Positions 1-8,661 of a DNA stretch of 32,375 nt are shown in pieces. Location: contig JBKCUU010000008.1 of NCBI GenBank assembly GCA_046318155.1, positions 1-32,375 of the forward strand. Direction: 5' to 3'. Position numbers and translations under genes: made by a program. The notes beneath the pieces are model-generated. The model saw nothing but the letters and a program-made list of their open reading frames with translations. It was not told the origin of the DNA and did no database searches. Each line of letters begins with the position of its first letter. The stretch's first letter is position 1. The DNA comes from Bdellovibrio sp. GTDB taxonomy: Bacteria; Bdellovibrionota; Bdellovibrionia; Bdellovibrionales; Bdellovibrionaceae.

Positions 1-828
1 CGCAAAGAATGGGTGGATGAGGCTCTGGTCAATTGGATTGGTCACCTCCAGAGCGAAAGCTCGGCGGGCCTGACTGAGCTTCATAAATCCGTCGAATATT
101 CGCTGACCCGCGGCGGAAAGCGCTTTCGCCCGGTGCTCTCACTTTTGATCGGCGAGGCTTTCGCGGTGTCGCCCAAGCGCCTCCTACCTTGGGCCGTCGC
201 TGTCGAAATGATTCACACGTATTCTTTGATTCACGATGATCTGCCCGCGATGGACAATGACACCGTCCGACGGGGAGAACCCACGAATCATATGGTGTTT
301 GGCGAGGCGACAGCTTTGCTTGCAGGTGATGCTCTTTTGACCGAAGCCTTTGGCGTGATTGCCTTTGGTTACGAGTCTGAGCCTCATATCGCGGTCTCGC
401 TGATTCGCCTTCTGACCGAGGCTGCGGGTCTGCGCGGAATGGTGGGCGGCCAAGCGATTGACCTCAAATCTAAGCTCTCAGTCCTTGAGCTTTCTGAATT
501 GATTCGGATGCAGGAGATGAAGACCGGGGCTTTGATTCGCGTCAGCAGTGAAGGTGCGGCTCTGATTTGTGGACTCCCCTCAAGTAAACAAAAACTATGC
601 CGTGAGTTCGGCGCCAACTTGGGTTTTGCCTTTCAGTTGCAAGATGATCTTCTCGATTCAACCGAAACGACGGAGAAGGGGTCTTATCCCGACAAGCTGG
701 GTCTCGAAAAAACGAAAGAAAAATTGCTTGAGGTCTCGGCTCAAGCACGCGACTGTTTGAAGCAGCTTGAGCTCTCAAATGGAGAGCTGGCAGATCTGAT
801 CCAGATGAATTTGGATCGGACCTACTGA
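1..828 (+). CDS. ispA: Polyprenyl diphosphate synthase (geranyltranstransferase/FPP synthase), 5'-truncated by the window
   Basis: GGKRFRP, first Asp-rich motif SLIHDDLPAMDND..RRG, GGQAID, KTGAL, second motif FQLQDDLLD. The frame is open back to base 1 (RKEWVDE...). Confidence 0.93.
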   Translation, partial: RKEWVDEALVNWIGHLQSESSAGLTELHKSVEYSLTRGGKRFRPVLSLLIGEAFAVSPKRLLPWAVAVEMIHTYSLIHDDLPAMDNDTVRRGEPTNHMVFGEATALLAGDALLTEAFGVIAFGYESEPHIAVSLIRLLTEAAGLRGMVGGQAIDLKSKLSVLELSELIRMQEMKTGALIRVSSEGAALICGLPSSKQKLCREFGANLGFAFQLQDDLLDSTETTEKGSYPDKLGLEKTKEKLLEVSAQARDCLKQLELSNGELADLIQMNLDRTY

Positions 829-856
829 TTTTTTCTTAAGCGTGGAGGGGTCCCAC

Positions 857-1798
857 ATGAAGTTACATCTTCTTTTGTCGACTTTTTTATTTCTAACGGC
901 CTGTCAATCGATGCGAATGGCGCCATCTCGCGGGACAACGCCTGTTGGCACACCCAACTCTCAAGGTCTTGTTCTTCCCACCCATGAGCCCGTCACTCCG
1001 ATCGAAACTCCGGCGAACGAAGTCATTCCGGTAGAAACGGCACCCGTTGCGGTGAATTTGCAAAAACCGAGATTGTCGTTGGTGCTTGGTGCTGGCGGCC
1101 TTCGCGCATTTGCGCACGCGGGTCTCTTGCAAGAACTCTCGAAAGCGAAAATCCCTGTTTTTGCGATAGCCGGTCTTGAGACGGGCGCACTGCCTGCGGC
1201 CCTGTACGCGATGAAGGGTCAGCCGTTTGAGCCCGAGTGGCAAATGATGAAGCTCAAAGAAGAAGCCTGGCTTCAGAAAGGTCTCCTGTCGGGGCCTTTT
1301 CCGAAGAAAGCAGGGGATTTTTCGGGTTCTTTGAGTTTGATGTATGGCGCAGCTAAGGCCGAAGATGCGAAGATCCCATTTGTATGCCCCTCGTATTCGT
1401 CGGCCAAAAAGCAGACGTATATGATGAACCGGGGCGCCTTTGCTCAGATGCTGCTGTACTGCTTGCCTTCGCTGCCTTTGTTTGAAGATCAGCAAGGCAA
1501 CGGCGCCAATCCCGTGGCGCTCTCGCAAGTAGTACAAGTTTTGAAGGCCAAGGGCACTCAGTTGGTGGTGTACATTGATTTGCTCGCCGATAATCCCTTG
1601 CCACTGTCTGAAAACGGAATGATGTGGGGAGTGTACCAATCGGCATTGCAAAGTGATTTTTCGAAGGTCAACGAAGTCGTTAAAGTGTCTGGACTCGGTG
1701 GATTTCGAAACTTTGCTGGTCGACGCGAGGCTTTACAAAAAGGACAAGAGGCGGGTCGCCGCCTGGTTCAGATTTTACAATTGAAGTACGGATTTTGA
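857..1798 (+). CDS. Patatin-like phospholipase-fold lipoprotein, probably catalytically inactive
   Basis: ATG at 857 follows GGAGG at 844-848. Signal peptide with lipobox LTAC, a Pro/Thr linker, and the patatin oxyanion block LVLGAGGLRAFAH. The nucleophile elbow reads GLETG rather than GxSxG, and no DGG motif is present. Confidence 0.75.
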   Translation: MKLHLLLSTFLFLTACQSMRMAPSRGTTPVGTPNSQGLVLPTHEPVTPIETPANEVIPVETAPVAVNLQKPRLSLVLGAGGLRAFAHAGLLQELSKAKIPVFAIAGLETGALPAALYAMKGQPFEPEWQMMKLKEEAWLQKGLLSGPFPKKAGDFSGSLSLMYGAAKAEDAKIPFVCPSYSSAKKQTYMMNRGAFAQMLLYCLPSLPLFEDQQGNGANPVALSQVVQVLKAKGTQLVVYIDLLADNPLPLSENGMMWGVYQSALQSDFSKVNEVVKVSGLGGFRNFAGRREALQKGQEAGRRLVQILQLKYGF

Positions 1799-1807
1799 GG
1801 TGTACGG

Positions 1808-3142
1808 ATGAGAAAGCCCCGAGAGAATATGCAAGTGTTTGCCGAGAGACGAGCACGCGTCGCCAAAGAACTTGGCGATTCGGTTTTGATTTGTTCATCT
1901 CCTGAAGAATACATCCGCAATGGCAGCGTTCACTTTCCTTTTCGGCAAGATTCAAATTTGTATTACCTCACTGGCTTTGAAGAGCCCGAAACTATTTTTG
2001 TTTTTCGCCCTGGAAAATCGCCTGGGACTGTTTTGTTTGTTCGCCAAAAAGATGCGACTCGCGAAACTTGGGACGGCTTTCGCTTTGGTCCCGAGGCCGC
2101 GCAAGAAATGTTCAACATGGAAGCCGTGTATCCGATCGAAGAATTCGACAAACACATTGTCGGATTGCTCAAGGGTGCCGACAGTCTTTATTACCGCCAT
2201 TACAAGAACCGCGAGATGGACAAAAAGATCGAGCAAACTCTGCAAGATCTTCGAGTCAATCAAGGTCGAACCGGCTTTGGACTTTTAACGGTTCATGATG
2301 CCGACCAGTTTTTGGGTGAGTTTCGCGTGATCAAAGGCCATGCTGATCTTGAAAATCACCGCCAGGCGTGCCGACTCTCGTCAGAAGCTCACACCGAGAC
2401 AATGAAGTTTGTCCGTCCCGGTCGCAATGAGCGTGAAGTTCAAGGATTTTTTAATTATCAAATCATGAAGCGCGGAGCGGCCCGTGAAGGCTATGGTTCC
2501 ATCGTGGCGTCCGGTGCAAATGCCTGCACCCTTCACTATGTTTTTAACGATGAGCCCTGCAAGGACGGAGACTTGTTGTTGATCGATGCGGCGGGTGAGT
2601 TCAATTATTTTACCTCGGATATCACGCGAACCTATCCCGTCAATGCCAAGTTCACCGATGCTCAGGCCGAAGTTTACGAAGGTGTTCTCAAAATTCAAAA
2701 AGCGATCATCGATGTGGTTCGTCCTGGCGTGCCCTTTATGGACTTGCATCAAATGGCGGCCGAGCAGTTGACTGAATTGATGCTTGAACTTGGGCTTTTC
2801 ACAGGACGCCGTGATGATTTGATTCAGGCCAACAAGCATCGCAAGTATTATCCGCACGGCGTCGGTCATTTTTTGGGCATGGACGTGCATGACCTTGGAC
2901 TTTACTTGGACCGCAAGACCCAAGAGCCTCGAAAAATTGAAGCGGGCATGGTGTTTACTGTTGAGCCCGGTCTGTACATTCCTGCAGGTGATGCCGATGC
3001 CGAGGCCAAGTACCGCGGCATTGGCGTGCGGATCGAGGACAATATTTTGGTCACGCAAACGGGTCATGAGAATATGACCACGACTTGCCCTAAAGAAGTC
3101 GCGGAGCTCGAGAAGTTGATCGGCAAGGGCTCAAGTCTGTAA
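1808..3142 (+). CDS. pepP: Xaa-Pro aminopeptidase (aminopeptidase P)
   Basis: N-terminal FRQDSNLYYLTGFEEP. M24B metal-ligand motifs LIDAAGE..FTSDITRT, HGVGHFLGMDVHD, TVEPGLY, GVRIEDNI. Confidence 0.95.
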   Translation: MRKPRENMQVFAERRARVAKELGDSVLICSSPEEYIRNGSVHFPFRQDSNLYYLTGFEEPETIFVFRPGKSPGTVLFVRQKDATRETWDGFRFGPEAAQEMFNMEAVYPIEEFDKHIVGLLKGADSLYYRHYKNREMDKKIEQTLQDLRVNQGRTGFGLLTVHDADQFLGEFRVIKGHADLENHRQACRLSSEAHTETMKFVRPGRNEREVQGFFNYQIMKRGAAREGYGSIVASGANACTLHYVFNDEPCKDGDLLLIDAAGEFNYFTSDITRTYPVNAKFTDAQAEVYEGVLKIQKAIIDVVRPGVPFMDLHQMAAEQLTELMLELGLFTGRRDDLIQANKHRKYYPHGVGHFLGMDVHDLGLYLDRKTQEPRKIEAGMVFTVEPGLYIPAGDADAEAKYRGIGVRIEDNILVTQTGHENMTTTCPKEVAELEKLIGKGSSL

Positions 3143-3164
3143 TGGCAGGGCAAAGATTGTAGGG

Positions 3165-3911
3165 CTAAAACTGATGCACGAACCAGCCACGCTCACGGGC
3201 AACCGCGCGGAGTTTTTCTTCGGCCTCAAACATTTCATGACCGGGCGTTGAAGCGCCAACAGGCAGACGGACGCGGCTGGCGCATTCAAGTAAGGACAAA
3301 TCGCCCAGCGTATTTCCTGAGCATAAAAAAGGTGCTTGGCCCTTGGTTTTATCCAAGATTGCCGAAGCCTTGCCTTCCCGGTAGGTCATGTAGCCCGCGG
3401 CGTTTTCGGTGATGACGCCATCAACAACAGCGGTTTCGATCCCGATCACTTGATCATGGCGAAGACCCAGCCGTAAGGCTCCTGGTTCGACGGCCCACTT
3501 GACCGACGCGGTCACAATCCAAATTTGGACGCCTTCTTGGAGTAAAAGCTCGATCAATTTTTGCTGCTCGGCAAAAACAGGTAGAGGCTCTCGCGCGGCG
3601 ACGGCTCTTTCGGCCCAGCTTCGAACTTCAGCAAGCGAATGGCCTTGGTTGATTTGTGCCAACCAAAGGTAGGCGGGCCGTGGATCTCCCGTTTCTTTCC
3701 AATCGCGGTAATGCCGCCAAGGATTTGCGGGTAAGCTTGGAAGCAGTCCCTGAGAAATTTGAAATTTAAAGAAAGACTCGCCAAGATCGGTATCCCACAA
3801 GGTTCCGTCAGCATCAAAAGCGGCAACCGGAGCTTTGCCGCTCTTGCGCTCCTCGTCCAAAGCTTGACGAATTTGATCCCAGATGACGGAAGGATAACTT
3901 TTGTACTTCAC
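3165..3911 (-). CDS. HAD-superfamily hydrolase (SerB-like phosphatase)
   Basis: Motif I FDADGTLWD, motif II VTAS, Lys in REGKA, motif IV variant GNTLGD. The GTG at 3911 (VKYKSY) is preferred to 3941, which would abut the divergent gene. Confidence 0.85.
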   Translation of the reverse strand: MKYKSYPSVIWDQIRQALDEERKSGKAPVAAFDADGTLWDTDLGESFFKFQISQGLLPSLPANPWRHYRDWKETGDPRPAYLWLAQINQGHSLAEVRSWAERAVAAREPLPVFAEQQKLIELLLQEGVQIWIVTASVKWAVEPGALRLGLRHDQVIGIETAVVDGVITENAAGYMTYREGKASAILDKTKGQAPFLCSGNTLGDLSLLECASRVRLPVGASTPGHEMFEAEEKLRAVARERGWFVHQF

Positions 3912-3918
3912 AAATCGC

Positions 3919-3934
3919 AGCCTAAGTTTAGAAT
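3919..3934. promoter_or_regulatory. Back-to-back -10 boxes of a compact divergent promoter
   Basis: TAGAAT on + (3929-3934) lies 7 nt before ATG 3942. TAGGCT on - (3924-3919) lies 7 nt before GTG 3911, with GTGACA on - at 3948-3943. Confidence 0.5.
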
Positions 3935-3941
3935 GGGCCAC

Positions 3942-4394
3942 ATGTCACTGAATTTGAGAGTCATCGAAGCCGCCGAAGCCGACCAGATCATCGAGTTTGA
4001 ACAAAAACGATTGGTTGAATCGACCCCGAATGAAATGGACCGCGTGATGGCCGGCTGGCATGCACGTTGGCGTAAAGAATCGCTTGAGCACTACTTAAAA
4101 ATGGGCTGGAGCTTTTTGGCGATGGACGACAACAATCAGCTGATAGGTTATTTTTTGGGTCAGCCACTTTTGTTTTTTGACGGACAAACTCAGTCTCTAT
4201 GGGTCGAGCACCTTCAAGCGTCTTCACTTCAAGCGCGTGATGCGCTCACGGATTTGGCCTATCGCCTGTCGCGTGAAAAACATTTTCAACGCGTGTACTT
4301 TCCGAATCAGCCACATATCCTCAATTCAATCCGCCCCCTCAAGCCCGAAGAGTTCGGACCGCAAACAATTTTTCTGAAAACGACAAAAACATGA
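3942..4394 (+). CDS. Hypothetical protein, degenerate GNAT-like fold
   Basis: Likely start MSLNLRVIEAAEADQIIEFE. The pattern SFLAMDDNNQLIGYFLG...LWVEHL resembles GNAT strands, but there is no R/QxxGxG acetyl-CoA motif. The stop overlaps the glpD start (ATGA). Confidence 0.55.
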   Translation: MSLNLRVIEAAEADQIIEFEQKRLVESTPNEMDRVMAGWHARWRKESLEHYLKMGWSFLAMDDNNQLIGYFLGQPLLFFDGQTQSLWVEHLQASSLQARDALTDLAYRLSREKHFQRVYFPNQPHILNSIRPLKPEEFGPQTIFLKTTKT

Positions 4395-6055
4395 CCGACA
4401 CATTTTCGTTTAAAGACCGAACACTGGCTTTAAACGATTTCAGCTCTCGCGAATTTGACCTCGTGATCATTGGGGGCGGCATTAATGGCGCCGGGGCCGC
4501 CAGGGATGCGGTTTTGCGCGGAATGAAAGTGGCTTTGATCGAAGCTTCCGACTTTGCTTCGGGCACGAGCTCCCGCTCGAGCAAGCTGGTCCACGGCGGA
4601 ATTCGTTATCTCGAGAATCTAGAGTTTCATCTTGTCTTTGAAGCCCTCAATGAACGGACGCGGCTCTTTCAGATGGCACCTCATTTGGTGCATCCACTTA
4701 GATTCATGATGCCACTTTATCAAGGTGGCCGCGTCGGCATGTTTAAGATGGGTCTGGGCATGTGGCTTTATGATGCACTTTCGCTTTTTGAAGCTCCCGA
4801 AATGCACGAGCGTCTAAATGCGAAACAATGTTTCGAAAGACAGCCGCTGCTGCAGCAAAAAGAACTTTTAGGTTCGTACGTTTATTCTGATGCCTACATG
4901 GACGACGATCGTTTGGTGTTTGAGACGTTGCGCTCGGCACGTGGACCACTCTTTGCCTGCGCCAACTATGTACGCGCCATAGGCGCCGAATTCTCGACTG
5001 CTGTGGCAACCAAAAATCAAGTGGCTCCGCAGGTCGTTGGCGTTAAATGCCGTGACGAAAAAACAGGCAAGACTTTTTCAATCCGAGGTCGGCATGTCTT
5101 GAGTACGGTGGGACCATGGACAGACGAGCTGGGCGAACAGCTTTTTAAAAAGTGGAACAAGGTCTTGCGTCCCACGAAGGGCGTCCACCTGACCTTCGAG
5201 AAAAAACGCTTTCCACTCTCGAGCGCAGTCGTCATGGGCGCGGAGAGCCGTGTTGTTTTTGGCATTCCCCGACATGAGATGGTCATCGTCGGCACCACCG
5301 ATACTGACTTTCAAGGCGACCCCGCAAAAGTTTCGACAACAACTGATGATGTGAAATATCTCTTAAGCGTCGTCGACAAATATTTTCCGGGTGCGAAACT
5401 AACAGATCAAGACATCGTCGCAACCTATGCGGGGGTTCGTCCGCTCGTAAAGGATGCGTCTGAGAGCGAAGGCAAAACTTCGCGTGAGCACACAATTTGG
5501 ACGAACGAGGATCGTGTTACTTTTGTCGCCGGCGGAAAATACACCACCTATCGTTTGATTTCGGAGCAAGCGGTCGATCATTGCCTCAAGCACTTTTCAA
5601 TTGAAGATCGAGTCCAGTACCGAGCGGGTCCCAGCGCCTCTGCGCTCAACCCGCTGGTCACGCTCGATTCGATAGAGCAAAATCCCGATCGTAAAGTAAA
5701 AATTAGGCAAAAGACTCAGCTCTCAGACGAAGAGGCCACCTGGCTAGTTGATCGCCATGGCGGCGAAGCGGACGTGATTCTTGAGCGGTATGGTTTTGAT
5801 CTCACGTATTGGGAGTACGAGGCGCTGCACGCGATCGATCAAACGATGTGTCTGCACCTTGTCGACTTTTTCACGCGCCGTGTACCACTTGTGTTGTCGC
5901 GAGCGGATCATGGTGCCTCTTTGATTGAAGTCCTTTTGCCCCTTTTCTCGACCAGGCTCGCTTGGTCCAGTGAGACCGCTCAAAAAGAAGTCCAGGCCCT
6001 TGAAGCTTACGTTGAGCACGAGTTTGCTTGGAGAAAATCCTTTGACTCACGCTAA
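4391..6055 (+). CDS. glpD: FAD-dependent glycerol-3-phosphate dehydrogenase
   Basis: IIGGGINGAG FAD motif, DFASGTSSRSSKLVHGGIRYLE, KGVH, GTTD, YAGVRPL, SREH, GGKYTTYR. Confidence 0.95.
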   Translation: MTDTFSFKDRTLALNDFSSREFDLVIIGGGINGAGAARDAVLRGMKVALIEASDFASGTSSRSSKLVHGGIRYLENLEFHLVFEALNERTRLFQMAPHLVHPLRFMMPLYQGGRVGMFKMGLGMWLYDALSLFEAPEMHERLNAKQCFERQPLLQQKELLGSYVYSDAYMDDDRLVFETLRSARGPLFACANYVRAIGAEFSTAVATKNQVAPQVVGVKCRDEKTGKTFSIRGRHVLSTVGPWTDELGEQLFKKWNKVLRPTKGVHLTFEKKRFPLSSAVVMGAESRVVFGIPRHEMVIVGTTDTDFQGDPAKVSTTTDDVKYLLSVVDKYFPGAKLTDQDIVATYAGVRPLVKDASESEGKTSREHTIWTNEDRVTFVAGGKYTTYRLISEQAVDHCLKHFSIEDRVQYRAGPSASALNPLVTLDSIEQNPDRKVKIRQKTQLSDEEATWLVDRHGGEADVILERYGFDLTYWEYEALHAIDQTMCLHLVDFFTRRVPLVLSRADHGASLIEVLLPLFSTRLAWSSETAQKEVQALEAYVEHEFAWRKSFDSR

Positions 6056-6110
6056 TGCGGCGAGGCAAGGCGCGGCAGCCCCTGTCCAAAAGTTTAGCTA
6101 ACTTAGCGCA

Positions 6111-7212
<1,102 letters not shown>

Positions 7213-7222
7213 ACTTTCAATC

Positions 7223-7696
7223 ATGATGGGCGACTCCGAAGTTCGCGCCCTCGCACTCTTTTTCTTTTTTGCCAGCCTCGATGAGTACCGGGCGAAAGAG
7301 ACGGCTTCGAAAGCAGCTGATGAGTACGAGCGCATACTTAAAAAAGATCCAAAAATTGATCCCGCTGTGGGCGTCATCTTGGCTTCGTACAAAGTGTGGA
7401 TTCAATTCAAATCAAAAATTCCGCGCGGTCGACCCCAATTTTCGAACGAATCGGGTTGGCTCTTTGTTGACAAAATTGATCTCGGTCATTGGAAAGAGTT
7501 TCAGAAAACAGCGCCCGAAGATGAGTTATTGGCCCTCATCTGGGTTCACATTTTGGGCTTTAGCGAAGAACAAGTTTCAAGAGCACTGGGTTTAACAGAG
7601 GGAACTCTGCGCTACCGAGTGGGCCGCGGTTTGCGCAAGCTCGGGACATTCTTGGCGCCGACCGGACGCTCATTGAAAGCGATCAAATCGACATGA
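7223..7696 (+). CDS. Degenerate ECF sigma-factor-like protein (clear region-4 HTH, eroded region 2)
   Basis: The C-terminal GFSEEQVSRALGLTEGTLRYRVGRGLRKL matches sigma70 region 4.2 of ECF type. Size is 157 aa and the stop overlaps a downstream anti-sigma-like gene (ATGA). Confidence 0.65.
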   Translation: MMGDSEVRALALFFFFASLDEYRAKETASKAADEYERILKKDPKIDPAVGVILASYKVWIQFKSKIPRGRPQFSNESGWLFVDKIDLGHWKEFQKTAPEDELLALIWVHILGFSEEQVSRALGLTEGTLRYRVGRGLRKLGTFLAPTGRSLKAIKST

Positions 7697-8661
7697 CCGA
7701 CATTAAACTTTCAAAAAAAGGTGACCGCGAAGTCTCGCAATTTGTCGGACAAGAACTTCTTTATGATTACATCCGCGGCGAACTCGATCAAGATCGTGTC
7801 AAAGCACTTGAACACACCTTATCTGAAAATCGTGATCTGAAGACCGAGCTCGAAAGAATTCGTGAAGGTCTTCACTACGTGATGGATTTACAAAAAACCC
7901 AAGTGTCCGCTAACTTGGTCGAAAGCATTCGAACGCCGTCAACCTACTTTCAGGTTCTTTTGCAAAAGACAAAGTTTGGTGACTGGCCCGAAGGCGTAAA
8001 ACTAGCAGCCGAAGGACTTATCATTGGCGGCATTTCACTTTTAATCATCGCACTGATTCCTTGGAGCCGAGTCCTTGATTGGAAAACAGAGCTTGAGCAC
8101 ACCTCGATCACCCTGACCGAGGTTACAAAAAGCCCGCAGTCTGATCCGGATGCCGAGGTTGCGCCGAGAGCCGAAAGTGAAATTGACAGCTCTGTTGTTT
8201 TTGAAGATGAAAACAAGGCCCGGCCTTCGCCGACGCAAGCTGTCGCAAAAATGAAGCCGGCCGAAAGCCCAGCAGCCATGACGTCGCCACCTATAGTTCC
8301 CACTCCTGGTGCGGGGGATGTCGCCGCTGCCCCGGCTGTGCGTGCGGCGGCACCCGATTCAGGCAAACGCCAGGGGATCATCTACCGGGGAACCCTGGCA
8401 GTCACCAACGTGACGGCCGTCACCGAGAAATTGGTTGAACTGGTCAACACCAACGGTGGCCGCAAAGCCGGTGAGGTTGAGCTGGGTTGGAAAAAGGGAA
8501 CAGGAAGCTACTTTCACTTCACGCTTCCCAGTGCCAATTACAGAGCCTTGGTTGAGCATTTTGGGACTTTTGGAGCTTTGAAAATTCAGAAAGAGCCGCA
8601 CCCGCGCGTGATGCCCGACGGGATTATCAGGTTGATCATCACGGTTGATGAGAAGAAATAA
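7693..8661 (+). CDS. Putative membrane-anchored anti-sigma factor
   Basis: N-terminal ELLYDYIRGELDQDRVKALEHTL resembles an anti-sigma domain without the HxxxCxxC zinc ligands. It has one TM helix (LIIGGISLLIIALIPW), a Pro/Ala-rich linker and a small C-terminal alpha/beta domain. Confidence 0.55.
   Translation: MTDIKLSKKGDREVSQFVGQELLYDYIRGELDQDRVKALEHTLSENRDLKTELERIREGLHYVMDLQKTQVSANLVESIRTPSTYFQVLLQKTKFGDWPEGVKLAAEGLIIGGISLLIIALIPWSRVLDWKTELEHTSITLTEVTKSPQSDPDAEVAPRAESEIDSSVVFEDENKARPSPTQAVAKMKPAESPAAMTSPPIVPTPGAGDVAAAPAVRAAAPDSGKRQGIIYRGTLAVTNVTAVTEKLVELVNTNGGRKAGEVELGWKKGTGSYFHFTLPSANYRALVEHFGTFGALKIQKEPHPRVMPDGIIRLIITVDEKK

Noticed and set aside
893..1651. 252-aa minus-strand ORF
   Set aside because: It is an antisense shadow of the patatin-like gene with no recognisable motifs.
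2381..3067. 228-aa minus-strand ORF
   Set aside because: It is an antisense shadow of pepP.
3759..3941. N-terminal extension of the 3759..4394 ORF
   Set aside because: It overlaps the HAD gene on the other strand. ATG 3942 is the more plausible start.
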